DNA of 64,000 nt from assembly GCA_016190245.1 (NCBI GenBank), contig JACPQY010000024.1:121620-185619 (forward strand), in the 5' to 3' direction. The notes below the pieces were generated by a model that saw nothing but the letters and a program-made list of their open reading frames with translations, ran no database searches and was not told where the DNA came from. Within the stretch, counting starts at the first letter, position 1, and the number at the start of each line of letters is the position of its first letter. The position numbers and the translations under genes are program-made. This DNA is from Nitrospirota bacterium (GTDB lineage Bacteria; JACPQY01). Below, piece after piece: positions 29,558-40,854 of the stretch.

Positions 29558-30970
29558 ATGAGGCCCTTCACGCGTGCTCCCTTCCCGGCCTTTCCGGGCT
29601 TCGCCGTCCTCATGGGCCCCGGCCTCGTCTGGATGGCGCTAGCGCAGGGGAGCGGCGAGCTCATCTGGTGGCCCTACCTGATGGCGAAGTACGGCCTCGG
29701 TTTTCTCTTCCTCCTCGTTCCCGCCTGCCTGCTCCAACTCCCGCTGAATGTCGAGATCGGCCGCTACACCGTCCTGACCGGCGAGGGCCTCTTCCGCGGC
29801 TTCCTCCGCATGAACCGCGCCTACGGGCTCGTCCTCTACGCCCTGTTCATTCTCTCGTTCCTCTGGTTTGGCGCCTTCGCCTCCGCGGGCGGAACCGCGC
29901 TCGCCGAGCTCACCCAATTCCCGGCCGAATGGTCACCCAAAGCGCGCACGCTCCTGTGGGGCGAAGCCTCGATCGCGCTGTGCCTGGTCGGTCTCCTCGC
30001 GGTCAAAGTCATCTACCGCCTGATCGAGTGGGTGATGAAGGTCGTCGCGATCGTGACGCTCGCGGGGATGCTCCTCGCCTGCCTCCATCCCGAGGCGCGC
30101 GCCGTGGCGGGCGAAGTCCTCCGCGCGCTTTTCGTCCCGGCGCTCCCTCTTGCCCGACCGTGGGATCCCGCCGACGCCACAAAGCTCCTCACCGCGATCA
30201 CCTTCGCGGGGCTGGGCGGCTTCTGGACGACCTTCTACTCCTACTGGCTCAAGGAGAAGCGGGCCGGGATGGCCGCGCACGGCAGCCAGCTTCTCGGCCT
30301 GCGTGCGGGCGCCCGCAACCTCAGCCTCGGGGGGGGACAGATCCCGGAAGAGGCACCGGATCTCGCCGCGAAAAGCCGGCGGTGGAACCGCTACCTCGTG
30401 GTCGACAGTCTCGTCGGGATTCTCGGCAACCTCGTCACGACGGTCCTAACCTGCCTCCTCGCCTTCGCCCTCCTGTTCCCCAAGGGCATCCTCCCGGACG
30501 GCTACCAGATCGCCGTCGTCCAGGCCGAGTTCTTCCAGGCCTCCTGGGGCGCCTTCGGGCGGGTCCTCTTCCTCTTCATTGCGGGCGCTTTCCTCGCAGA
30601 CACCTGGCTGGCCACCGTGGATGCCGTGGCACGGATCCACGTGGACGTCCTGCCGGTCGTCTGGAAACGCGCGGAAACGATCGGCCCCCAGAAGCTCTAC
30701 TACGGCTTCGTGGCTCTGCTCACGATCGTCACGGCGGTGACGATGCTCCTCGATCAGCCGGGCGAGCTGATCCTCCTCAGCGCCGTCCTCGGCTTCATCG
30801 GCACGGTGACCTACACAACCGGGCTCATCGTACTCAACCATCGCTTCCTGCCGAAGCAGTTGCCGCAAGCCCTCCGCCCCTCGCGCCTGAGCCTCGCCTT
30901 CATCCTGCTCGTCTGGACGGCCTACGCCCTCCTGATGGCGCTCTATCTCAGGGCACAGTTCTTTGCATGA
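29558..30970 (+). CDS. Nramp-like/APC-superfamily membrane transporter
   Basis: MGPGLVW.A...GSGELI.WP, EIGRYT..TGE; about 11 hydrophobic helices. Start could be 29540. Confidence 0.8.
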   Translation: MRPFTRAPFPAFPGFAVLMGPGLVWMALAQGSGELIWWPYLMAKYGLGFLFLLVPACLLQLPLNVEIGRYTVLTGEGLFRGFLRMNRAYGLVLYALFILSFLWFGAFASAGGTALAELTQFPAEWSPKARTLLWGEASIALCLVGLLAVKVIYRLIEWVMKVVAIVTLAGMLLACLHPEARAVAGEVLRALFVPALPLARPWDPADATKLLTAITFAGLGGFWTTFYSYWLKEKRAGMAAHGSQLLGLRAGARNLSLGGGQIPEEAPDLAAKSRRWNRYLVVDSLVGILGNLVTTVLTCLLAFALLFPKGILPDGYQIAVVQAEFFQASWGAFGRVLFLFIAGAFLADTWLATVDAVARIHVDVLPVVWKRAETIGPQKLYYGFVALLTIVTAVTMLLDQPGELILLSAVLGFIGTVTYTTGLIVLNHRFLPKQLPQALRPSRLSLAFILLVWTAYALLMALYLRAQFFA

Positions 30971-30996
30971 GCCACACAAGACGCGGGCACTCCCCG

Positions 30997-31053
30997 CGTC
31001 GTTCCCGCGAAAGCGGGGACCCAGTCTGGATTCCTGCTTCCGCAGGAATGACG
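30997..31053. repeat. Second copy of the palindromic REP-like doublet
   Basis: CGTCGTTCCCGCGAAAGCGGGGACCCAG-T-CTGGATTCCTGCTTCCGCAGGAATGACG; right half identical to 22576-22603. Confidence 0.85.
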
Positions 31054-31116
31054 AAGACGGTGGCCCTCCCAATCTCGTGGATTCGCAACTCTAATCCCGC
31101 TTGCATCGCTACCTAG

Positions 31117-32235
<1,119 letters not shown>

Positions 32236-32342
32236 TTCTCTTCGCCTCCGTCCGGGGAAGGACCCCCTGGGCCGCCAGCGCCTCCGTGTCAGGACCGGAA
32301 TGAGTATTCTGTCCCCGGACATTCAATACACTACCGCTAACC

Positions 32343-32405
32343 GACCCGTGAGGGACGTTGACCCGTGAGGGACGTTGCCAGTTGACCCGTGAGGGACGTT
32401 GCCAG
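32343..32405 (+). repeat. Three tandem copies of GACCCGTGAGGGACGTT(GCCAG)
   Basis: Identical 17-mers start at 32343, 32360 and 32384. Confidence 0.9.
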
Positions 32406-32417
32406 GTTATACAGGGA

Positions 32418-32480
32418 ATGAACGCGTGGTTGCTGATCCCCAACCATTTCCACCTTGTTGTTCGGACGGCCGGGCCTCCC
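32418..32480 (+). pseudogene. Tiny remnant of a REP-associated tyrosine (Y1/RAYT) transposase
   Basis: AWLLIPNHFHLVVRT resembles the HUH motif (AW.LMPNH.HLL.RT) of RAYT/IS200-like transposases. Confidence 0.5.
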
Positions 32481-32567
32481 CTCCCCCGCGCCACAGGGGA
32501 CATAGGTAGAGTAGAGCGCCGGCACGGATCCTGCTGGACAAGGGCGACCGCCCTCGCCAGAGTACCG

Positions 32568-35500
32568 ATGATGGCGCCCAGCCCGCGCCCGCCTCGTGCC
32601 CTTACCGGGCTCTTCACCGCGCTCTGCCTGGTGTTCGGATGCAGCCAGTCGAGCGGCCCCTGCCGCGACGAGGGGTCGGGTACTGGCCCCGACGCGCTCG
32701 CGGAACGCGGCTACTGCCTCCTCGAAAAAGGCTACCACGAAGAGGCGAGAGACACGTTCGAACGCGCCGTGGAAACCGACCCGAGTCACGCCCCCGCCCG
32801 ATTCGGCGCGGCGTTCACCGACTTCTTCCTCATCGTCAATGGCCTATATGCGAAGTTGTGGGAGATCTCGTTCGACCAGGCGGGCTCCTTCAGCCGTTTC
32901 CAGTCGTGGCTCATCGAGGACCTCCTGGGAGGCTCTCCCACCGCGCGCGGCCGCCTCGCCACGGACATCGAGCACCTCCGCCTCGCCGCGGCAGACCCGG
33001 CGCTCCGCCGAAACCTCAAGGGCGCCGTCCTGCGTCTCAACCAGCTCGAGGTGTACCTCGACTTCATTGAGGTGGACCCCGGCGAGGCCCACGCCTTCGC
33101 CGCCATTCTCAGCACCCTCGCCGCCGTGGCCGACGTCCTGGCCGCCTACGACCTCGACGTCCCCGTCTCGTACATGCTCAACCCGGGCGAGCCCATCTAC
33201 TCGCTCTTCAAGCTGGATATCGAGGGGGCGATGAACGACCCCGCCTATCCTCGCTTCCTCACATTGCGTGCCGACGGCAAGGAGTGGATGCATGCCGCGC
33301 GCGCGGCCCTCGAAGACGCATCCACGGAACTCGTCTCCGCGACCGCCGCCACGATGGAAGAAACAGACAACCAATCCATCCCCGATCTTCCCGACTACCC
33401 CGACCTCGTGAGCCGCCCCTACTTCACCCTCGACGGCACATTCTTCATCCCCGGCATCTTCGGCCCCTCGCCCGCCACGGCCGTCCTCCAGATGCTTTTC
33501 CAGGAGGATCGCAAGGGCGTGATCAGCCTCATCAGCCAAGTCTTCCCCGGCAGCCCCACCGAGCTGCCCGACGCCCAGATCCACATCCTCGACGCCTTTG
33601 CCACTTCCCTGCGCGGCGAGAGACCGTTCAACATGGCCGGGGTCGAAGTGCCCCTGTACTCCTTCTTCGAAAACCCACCCCATCTGCGGACGCTCCTCGA
33701 TCTCCTCCAAGCCGCCGAGCCGGTCACACCCGGCGCCGCCCAGCCCATCCCGTGGTCACCGGGCGCCGACATCAACCGCGCGGATCCGAACGCTCTGCCG
33801 TGGGAACACCCCGAGAAGTACGAACCCGTCCCCCTGCCCTCCGTGCTCGAAACCCAGCGCATGCGCGGGGTGGACGGCCCGGCCGCCGAGATCCACGTGG
33901 GCAACGGCGAACTGATGGCGGGGTTCACCCGCGAGGGGCGCCTGAAGAACCTCTTCTTCCCCTCGACTACTTCGTACAATCTCGTCCCGTACATCACGCG
34001 CGTGACGCATCCCTACCTCGAGACCGAGCCGCTCCCGTTCATGGGAGCGAACGAAGAGCACGGGTCTTTCCCCGGTCTGCGGATCAATGGCTCGCTCACG
34101 TGGCCGATGCGCTGGCTCGATCATCGCCACATCAATCCCGGCGATCCCTCGGGCCGGAAAGTCCTGCCGCGCTACGAAGAGGACGGCATCCCCGTCGCCC
34201 GAATCACCTACGAGCCGCCCGTCACGAGCATCCGCCTGGAAGAAACAGCCTTCGTGCCGCTCACCGGAGACGGCCACCGCCTCAACGTCCTCGTGCGCGA
34301 TTTCGTGATCCGCAACACAAGCACCTCTCCGCAGAGCGTGAACTTCCTCTACTACGGCGCGTTCAATGTCACGAACATAGACCAGTACATCCTGGGTCCG
34401 AAGTTCTGGATCGCGTGGCTCTTCTCGCCCAATCGCCTGATTGCGGAGCCGGATGGGAGCCTCCTGTGGAACGGCCCCGGCTGGTCCGGTCATCCCAAGG
34501 GCGAGTACGCGGCCCTGCGGCTCTCGGGCGAGACTTCAGGCTCGCTCCTCCGGCGCTCGATCGGCCGCCTCACACGCGAGGGAGACACCGGCGCGTGGGA
34601 GCATGCCCGTTCGGGCGCCTCTCACACGGAACCGCTCGAAGGCGTCTCCTTCGGAAACGGCTACCTCGAATGGGACCTCGGCACGCTCGATCCGGGTGCA
34701 AACGCGCGCGTGACCGTCATGATCTCGCTCGGCGCAGGTGCCACCCCCGAGGGCGCTGCCTCCGACGCGCAAGCCCAGGAGCGCGCCGTCCGCGAAGCCG
34801 GCATCGAAACCGTTCACGCCCGCACGCGCGAACACTGGCGCAACTGGCTCGCGTCAAACCGCACTCCCGATGGCGAGATGAGCAAAGCCGAGAAAGAGAT
34901 GTTCGAGCGTTCGGCCATGGCCCTGAAACTCGATCACGCCGCCCTCACCGGCGCCCTTCCCGAAATGTGGGACATGCAGCCGATGTGGTTCATGGTTTGG
35001 CCCGGAAACGGCATCTGGCATGCTGCCGCGCTGGATGCACTCGGCCACCCGGACGAGGCCCGCGCCTACCTCGACTACCTCGCCCGCATACAGTCGCCGG
35101 ACGGCCACTGGCGGATGGCCTATACCGCGCTCGGGGATCCCCACGGCGCCTTCGAGCTCGAGTACTACGCCACGGCCTCGATCGTCTGGTACGCGTGGGC
35201 GCACTGGAAACTCACGGGCGACAACGCATGGCTGCGTGGCTACTGGCCCACCGTCGAGCGCGCCGCGGATTTCCTCGTGAGCCGCGTGGCCCAAAACGGC
35301 CTCCTGTATGCCTCCGCCGATTTCGTCGAGGACCTCACCAGCATCCGCCAGTCGCTCTTCACCAACAGCATCGCCGTGTCCGCCCTCAATGCCGCGTCAG
35401 AGATGGCCGACCTCGTCGGGAGCGACCGACGCTCACGCTATCGCCGATCCGCCCGCGACATCCACGACGCCATGATCGAGACCTTCTGGATCCCCCGGGA

Positions 35501-35954
35501 GCAACGCTTCCACGCCTTCCAGGACATGCACGGCCGCCACGGCCTCGACACGCCGCCGGTGTTCGCCTGGCCGTTCCACGCCTTCCGCCTCGATGACAAG
35601 CGCGTCGCCGCCTACGCCGCCACCCGCCTCGATCCGGCGACCCTCGCGCAGGACTACCTCTCGTTCGTGGACTCCGGCGACTGGAGTCCCGGCCTCATAA
35701 AAAACGCCCTCTTCTACGTGAACCACTTCAATGCCACCGGCCGCCCCCTCTCGCGCGACCTCGCGCAGTCCATCGTGGACGGACTCCTCCAGCCGCAGAA
35801 CCTCACCCTCGCCGGTTTCATCGCGGAGCGCTTCTTCGGCTATGGCGTGAAAGGCTCCGGCAAACCCCTCCTCTGGCCCCACTCCCTCTTCGTCCTCCAT
35901 GAGTTCTCCAAGTCCGGCACCAGCCCCCTACCGCTCATCGAGCCGCTAGAGTGA
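32568..35954 (+). CDS. Lipoprotein with N-terminal TPR/helical region fused to a GH15-like (glucoamylase-type) glycoside hydrolase
   Basis: Lipobox VFGC; TPR (ALAERG..LL..G..EEA...FERA...DP.H..A.FG); VGNG.L, HWRNWL, RSA..LKL...TGA, A..Y..YL...Q..DG.W, WP.V..AADFL, L..AG...E, PL.W.HS. Confidence 0.7.
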   Translation: MMAPSPRPPRALTGLFTALCLVFGCSQSSGPCRDEGSGTGPDALAERGYCLLEKGYHEEARDTFERAVETDPSHAPARFGAAFTDFFLIVNGLYAKLWEISFDQAGSFSRFQSWLIEDLLGGSPTARGRLATDIEHLRLAAADPALRRNLKGAVLRLNQLEVYLDFIEVDPGEAHAFAAILSTLAAVADVLAAYDLDVPVSYMLNPGEPIYSLFKLDIEGAMNDPAYPRFLTLRADGKEWMHAARAALEDASTELVSATAATMEETDNQSIPDLPDYPDLVSRPYFTLDGTFFIPGIFGPSPATAVLQMLFQEDRKGVISLISQVFPGSPTELPDAQIHILDAFATSLRGERPFNMAGVEVPLYSFFENPPHLRTLLDLLQAAEPVTPGAAQPIPWSPGADINRADPNALPWEHPEKYEPVPLPSVLETQRMRGVDGPAAEIHVGNGELMAGFTREGRLKNLFFPSTTSYNLVPYITRVTHPYLETEPLPFMGANEEHGSFPGLRINGSLTWPMRWLDHRHINPGDPSGRKVLPRYEEDGIPVARITYEPPVTSIRLEETAFVPLTGDGHRLNVLVRDFVIRNTSTSPQSVNFLYYGAFNVTNIDQYILGPKFWIAWLFSPNRLIAEPDGSLLWNGPGWSGHPKGEYAALRLSGETSGSLLRRSIGRLTREGDTGAWEHARSGASHTEPLEGVSFGNGYLEWDLGTLDPGANARVTVMISLGAGATPEGAASDAQAQERAVREAGIETVHARTREHWRNWLASNRTPDGEMSKAEKEMFERSAMALKLDHAALTGALPEMWDMQPMWFMVWPGNGIWHAAALDALGHPDEARAYLDYLARIQSPDGHWRMAYTALGDPHGAFELEYYATASIVWYAWAHWKLTGDNAWLRGYWPTVERAADFLVSRVAQNGLLYASADFVEDLTSIRQSLFTNSIAVSALNAASEMADLVGSDRRSRYRRSARDIHDAMIETFWIPREQRFHAFQDMHGRHGLDTPPVFAWPFHAFRLDDKRVAAYAATRLDPATLAQDYLSFVDSGDWSPGLIKNALFYVNHFNATGRPLSRDLAQSIVDGLLQPQNLTLAGFIAERFFGYGVKGSGKPLLWPHSLFVLHEFSKSGTSPLPLIEPLE

Positions 35955-36036
35955 GCGTGCGCATGGGCGGAGAATCATGCATGATGAGCGCTGCCGGGTT
36001 TTCCTTCATCCCTCCGGCTCGCGCCGCCTCAAGCGC

Positions 36037-36960
36037 ATGAAACGGCCCCTTCCTCACACCCGCCCCGCCCGCCGAATCGGGGTGTTGTCGGCGGGCCTCC
36101 TCTCCTTGTGCCTCACCGGCTGGGCCGGCTGCGGGGCAACCGAGCGCACAGTGGACAGCCCCATCCGGGTGATGACCTTCAACGTGCTGTGCTCCTTCTG
36201 CAACCTCGAGGACTTCGACCCCTGGGAGGAACGCCTCGCGTATTTCGCGGACATCCTGGCCCGTCACGACCCGGACCTCATCGGTCTGCAGGAGCTCATG
36301 CTCGCCTCTGAGGTCGAACAGCTTCGCACGCTCCGACCGGGATACGAGGCCGTTTTCTTCCACAATGAGCAGGGCCTGAAGGACTACCCGGACGCCACCA
36401 TACTGTACCGCTCGAGCCGCTACGAGCTTCTCGAATCGGGTTCGTATTGGCTCAGCCCAACCCCGGATGAGCCCTGGTCGGTCGGCTTCTCGAAAACGGC
36501 CCAACTCTTCCGGCTCGTCCTCTGGGCGCGGCTGGAAGACGAATCCCAAGGCCGGGAGCTCTTCTTCGTCACGACGCACTTCGACAACAACGCCCCAAGC
36601 CAAGATCTGAGCGCTCCCCTCCTACTTGAACGCACGGCCCCGATGGCCGACCGCCTACCGGTGGTGGTAACAGGCGACTTCAATTCCCAGACGTTCGATC
36701 CCGCCTATCACGTGCTCGTGGAAGGCCTCCCCGGCAGTGATTTCCGCTTCACGGACGCCTACGAGATCGCCTCGGAGCGGCGGATCGAAACGAACCTGGA
36801 CCCCCCACCGCCCTACGATGCCGTCGGCCGGATCGATCACATCTTCCTGGCCGGCCACGCCTGGCGCAGTCGCGAGTGGGCGGTGGACATGACAACCTAC
36901 GGATCCCGCAGCCGGTACCCATCGGATCACTTCCCCGTCGCCGCCGTTCTCGAATGGTAG
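36037..36960 (+). CDS. Endonuclease/exonuclease/phosphatase family lipoprotein
   Basis: VMTFNV, DLIGLQE, WLS.TP, TTHFD, TGDFN, RIDHI, SDHFPV. Confidence 0.9.
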   Translation: MKRPLPHTRPARRIGVLSAGLLSLCLTGWAGCGATERTVDSPIRVMTFNVLCSFCNLEDFDPWEERLAYFADILARHDPDLIGLQELMLASEVEQLRTLRPGYEAVFFHNEQGLKDYPDATILYRSSRYELLESGSYWLSPTPDEPWSVGFSKTAQLFRLVLWARLEDESQGRELFFVTTHFDNNAPSQDLSAPLLLERTAPMADRLPVVVTGDFNSQTFDPAYHVLVEGLPGSDFRFTDAYEIASERRIETNLDPPPPYDAVGRIDHIFLAGHAWRSREWAVDMTTYGSRSRYPSDHFPVAAVLEW

Positions 36961-36964
36961 TCGA

Positions 36965-38200
36965 ATGCGGATCGTTCCCCTGCTTCTCCTCCTCCCCGCG
37001 CTACTCTCGTCCTGCGACAGCGGCAGAAGCACCGCCGACGGATTCCTCTGGGGCATCGTGTTCACACCGGGCGCGAACGGGCGGACGCTCGAGGCGCAGG
37101 CACGCGACATGAGCGACGCCGGCGCCAATGCCGCCAAGTTCTGGCTCGACTGGAGCCGTGTTCAGCCAACGGTTCTTCGCTTCGACGAGAGCCTCGTCCC
37201 CTCCACCACAGGCGCGCTCCCCACCCGCGAGGCCGTCCGCGCGGCGCCCCGGCTCATCGAGGCCTTCGCCCAACCCGAGTCGTCCGCCCTCCGAGAGTGG
37301 GTGGACTGGTCGTACTCCGATAAACTGATCGGCACGCTCTCCCGTGCGGGCCTCGCCGCCGTACCTCTTATCGCGGACGCCACCACCGCCCCCTTCCTCA
37401 CGGCCGACCGCGCGCGAAGGACCCGAATCGCCCCCGAGGAGCCACCCTGGAAGGATACGAGCGTGACCGATGCCATCGAATCGGGCTACGAAGGAATCGG
37501 ACGCGAGAACTACCTCGGACAGGTTCTCCTGTACACGGCGGCCGCGGCGCGACGGTACTCCCGCGGCAGCCTCGCCGTAGGTCTTTGGAACACGGAAAAC
37601 GAACTCAACTGGACGTACGTGCACGTCCTCGTGGCGGGGTGGCGCAAGGGCAACGCCTGGCTGGACGAGGGGTTCCTCACGGACCTCATGGCAACACTCG
37701 CGGAAGGGATTCACCTAGGTAACCCCGCCGCGCGCGTCACGATGAACCTCAACATCAGCGACCCCGATTGGCTTGCCGATCTTCGGACCTACGGGCCCCA
37801 CATGGATGTGATCGGCCTCGGCGCCTACCCGAACTACCTCTACGGCGAACCGATCCTGTCGGACCTCGTGGGCGCCGCAGTTGGGGACGCGCGGCGGGCC
37901 GGCCTGCCCGCCTCGGCGGGCAAGCCCGTGATGGTTTTGGAAACGGGCTACCCTTCGGGCCCCCCGGGCCGCGATTGGAGTCCGGAATACCAAGCCGAGT
38001 ATCTGAGGCGTGCCGCCGGGGGCGCGTGCCGCGAAGGCGCGGAAGGGTTTTTCTACTTCAAGCTGGACGACGAGGATCTCCCAAGGCAAGACGTCCAGGC
38101 GGTGGAGAACTACTGGGGACTGGTGGATGCGAGCGGAAACCGCAAGCCCTCGTTTCACGCCCTCACCGAAACCATCCGGGAGGTCTGCCCGCTCCCGTAG
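36965..38200 (+). CDS. Clan GH-A TIM-barrel glycoside hydrolase-like lipoprotein
   Basis: Lipobox LSSC; W..VQP, WNTENE acid/base, V.ETGYPS nucleophile, QA.YL, E.YWGL. Confidence 0.75.
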   Translation: MRIVPLLLLLPALLSSCDSGRSTADGFLWGIVFTPGANGRTLEAQARDMSDAGANAAKFWLDWSRVQPTVLRFDESLVPSTTGALPTREAVRAAPRLIEAFAQPESSALREWVDWSYSDKLIGTLSRAGLAAVPLIADATTAPFLTADRARRTRIAPEEPPWKDTSVTDAIESGYEGIGRENYLGQVLLYTAAAARRYSRGSLAVGLWNTENELNWTYVHVLVAGWRKGNAWLDEGFLTDLMATLAEGIHLGNPAARVTMNLNISDPDWLADLRTYGPHMDVIGLGAYPNYLYGEPILSDLVGAAVGDARRAGLPASAGKPVMVLETGYPSGPPGRDWSPEYQAEYLRRAAGGACREGAEGFFYFKLDDEDLPRQDVQAVENYWGLVDASGNRKPSFHALTETIREVCPLP

Positions 38201-38280
38201 TGGGAGGCAGAGCAGCGCCTTCACTTGACAGAGAAAGCCCCATTGCGAACGATTCGCCGAGCTTGGGAACTCAAGTCACT

Positions 38281-40854
38281 TTGAGAGATCGAGCACTTCT
38301 CTTCACCCTCGCCTGCTTGGCTGTGTTCGGACTGGCCATAGGGATCCGCCTGACCGCATTCTCCCAATACCCAGCCTTGTTCGACGCGCCGGGCTACGTG
38401 AACCACCTGGACTGGAACCGGCTGGATTGGCTCGGAGGCGGAAGCTTTGAAGAAGCCAGGAGACACCTCTACCACCTCCTGGGTTTTGCAACGTCAAGCC
38501 TCGTCCGGCGGTTCGCCGATGTCCGGAGCGAATACGTCCTGGGTTGGCTCTCGGCTGCGGCGGGGTCAGGAGCGCTCGTGTTTCTCTATCTCCTGGTTCG
38601 CCACCTCACATCGGAGTCTTGGACGGCTCTCCTGACCGTCCTCGTGGCCGGCCTCATACCGCGGGCCTTGGGGTTGGATCTCGTGGGCAACCCCCATTCC
38701 GTTTCCTACTTTTTCTACATGATGAGCCTCTGGGCATGGACTCGATGTGTGCTTCCTCCAAGCACGGGAAGGGCGGGGGTCCCGTCGAACGAAACGTCGC
38801 AAAGGAACCTCGGACGGGCCGCTTTCGCGGGACTCCTTCTGGGCTGCAGTTACGCGACTCACCTCTCCATTGCGCCATGGTTGATCGGTCACTTTGCCGT
38901 CACCCTCCAAGGCATCCTGAGTGCACCGGGTGGAATCCGCGCCAAGTGCCGCGCCGGTTGCCGGTTGGCCGCCAAGATCGCCACGGGGGCGGCGGCGGCG
39001 CTCGGCATGGTCTCCGCTGTGGGTGTCAGTTCGTTCTTCCTCGCTCCGCCATGGGACAAGCCCACGGCGCGGGACATCTACGCTAGTCTCCTCGCCCGGC
39101 ACGGCGCCTCGCTCAGCAACTTGACCATGCCGGGCAGCTTGCTTGCCTCCGCGGAACGCATCATCGAGTCGGTCACGCTGCTGACTGCCGCCTTCGCTAT
39201 CCTGGGCATCATGTTCCGGAAACCCAAGTCGGGTCCCTATTGGACGTTTCTACTGTTGTTGGTCCCGTTGCCCTATGCACAGCTTCTGGCACATCCACTC
39301 AATTGGTATGGACGGTTCACGGTGCCCGGCCTCTACGTCATTGGTTTCTGGGCCGCCGCGTTCGTCACTGCGTGTTTTCGCAGCCGGTCCCGCCTCGCAC
39401 GCGGTTGCGGCGTCGTGGCGGCCGGCCTCTTGATCGGAAACCTGATTGGCGCCTCTATTCCGCTTGCGCTGGGAATGCGAGCCCCTTCTTTGCCCATCCA
39501 ACTGCGGGACCTCGCGAAGAAATTGCCACCGGATCAGGTCTTGCTCTATCCCGAACCCGTGCGAACGTTCATGGACTTCAAGTGGGTCTATCAAGGGGAG
39601 CGTATCATGGTGAGCTGGTTCGGTCCTGCACATCACGACAGAATCCGGGAGTTCCTCGCGGCGGGGAAACGAGTCTTCGCGGACTATTCTCTCCTCAACA
39701 TGCCGGCCCGCGCCTACGACGGCTACTACAGTCTTGAACATTTCGTGCCGGACCAAGCAGTCTCGGCCACGCTCGACATCGCGAACCTCTGGAAAGAGTA
39801 CGAGGCCCGGCCAGTGCTTGCATCGGATGCCGGGAGCGGTCTCGTGTACTACGAACTGCGGAAGCCGGGAGCCACAACTACGGGGAGTCTCATCGATCCC
39901 CACGCGAAGAGTGACCTTGGAGACAATGCCGTGCTCTACGTCTCCGTCCGCGATTCGCGGGCTACACCGGTTGTGGGCGGCATCGTCTGCATCTATCTCT
40001 CGGAACCTCAGCACCGCCATTCCCCCCTGAGCTTCGCCCAGCTCGACCCGGCCATTCGACTCGGCTACCTTCTGATGGGAGCGAGGGACGCCCACGTATG
40101 CGGGCGGACCGGACCGGACGGCGTGGTTTCCCTCGTTGTGGCGGCCAACGCGGTCGAGACGGTGCAACTCGGTCTCTTCACGGATCACCGGAGCACCCTC
40201 GGCATTCAAACCTACCCCTTTCTCCCCTCCCGGAAGATTCAGCTCAGGCAGCAGGCGTCGCCCGAATCCTCGGCCGAGGAGGCCCTAGGGGATCCGGGAA
40301 TAACAGCGGTGGCCGTGTATCCCTCCGATGACACGGCCAGACCCCTCCCACCGCGTATCGTTCTCCGATATGCCCCGCCCGAGCGTCTGGAGCAGTATCG
40401 CCTCGAGGCCGAGACATCCGCTCTGCATCACGGAATCATCGTGCGGGATGAGGCCGCCAGCGGCGGTCGGGCGATCAAACTCGCCCAGGAGGTTCCGGGG
40501 TCTATGCCCGCCTGGGGCCCGTACATCCCTCTTCCGCCAAGACGGTTCCGGGCGATCTTTCGACTACGCTACGAGCGATCATCTGCCTTCCATCGCTACA
40601 CCGACCATCGGCCGATTACCGTCGCAAACGTCTTTCACACCGGACACAAGGTCGACGCGCGGCTGCCCATCTGGCCAGCCGATCGCCGGGAGAAACCCGA
40701 ATATCGCGGGTTCGAAATCGAGTTCGAATCGGACGGCACGGGACATTGGGAGTTCCGTCTCACGGAGCGAGACCCACGGGCCATCATCTATCTTGACAGC
40801 GTCGATGTCCTTCCTGCGACGAATGCCGAGCAGATACCGCCTCCACCTGAGTAA
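38281..40854 (+). CDS. Polytopic membrane protein, probable GT-C-fold glycosyltransferase with C-terminal soluble (CBM-like) domain
   Basis: About 10 TM helices, FDAPGY first loop, RF..P near the last helices; LEAE...RDEAASGG.A and WGPYI.LPP carbohydrate-binding-like tail. Start approximate. Confidence 0.6.
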   Translation: MRDRALLFTLACLAVFGLAIGIRLTAFSQYPALFDAPGYVNHLDWNRLDWLGGGSFEEARRHLYHLLGFATSSLVRRFADVRSEYVLGWLSAAAGSGALVFLYLLVRHLTSESWTALLTVLVAGLIPRALGLDLVGNPHSVSYFFYMMSLWAWTRCVLPPSTGRAGVPSNETSQRNLGRAAFAGLLLGCSYATHLSIAPWLIGHFAVTLQGILSAPGGIRAKCRAGCRLAAKIATGAAAALGMVSAVGVSSFFLAPPWDKPTARDIYASLLARHGASLSNLTMPGSLLASAERIIESVTLLTAAFAILGIMFRKPKSGPYWTFLLLLVPLPYAQLLAHPLNWYGRFTVPGLYVIGFWAAAFVTACFRSRSRLARGCGVVAAGLLIGNLIGASIPLALGMRAPSLPIQLRDLAKKLPPDQVLLYPEPVRTFMDFKWVYQGERIMVSWFGPAHHDRIREFLAAGKRVFADYSLLNMPARAYDGYYSLEHFVPDQAVSATLDIANLWKEYEARPVLASDAGSGLVYYELRKPGATTTGSLIDPHAKSDLGDNAVLYVSVRDSRATPVVGGIVCIYLSEPQHRHSPLSFAQLDPAIRLGYLLMGARDAHVCGRTGPDGVVSLVVAANAVETVQLGLFTDHRSTLGIQTYPFLPSRKIQLRQQASPESSAEEALGDPGITAVAVYPSDDTARPLPPRIVLRYAPPERLEQYRLEAETSALHHGIIVRDEAASGGRAIKLAQEVPGSMPAWGPYIPLPPRRFRAIFRLRYERSSAFHRYTDHRPITVANVFHTGHKVDARLPIWPADRREKPEYRGFEIEFESDGTGHWEFRLTERDPRAIIYLDSVDVLPATNAEQIPPPPE

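Noticed and set aside
32343..32405. Mini CRISPR array
   Set aside because: Units are directly adjacent or separated by only 7 nt of repeated sequence; there are no unique spacers
32358..32567. N-terminal extension of the GH15-like protein as given in the ORF track
   Set aside because: It translates the tandem repeat and the RAYT remnant; the signal peptide/lipobox begins after ATG 32568
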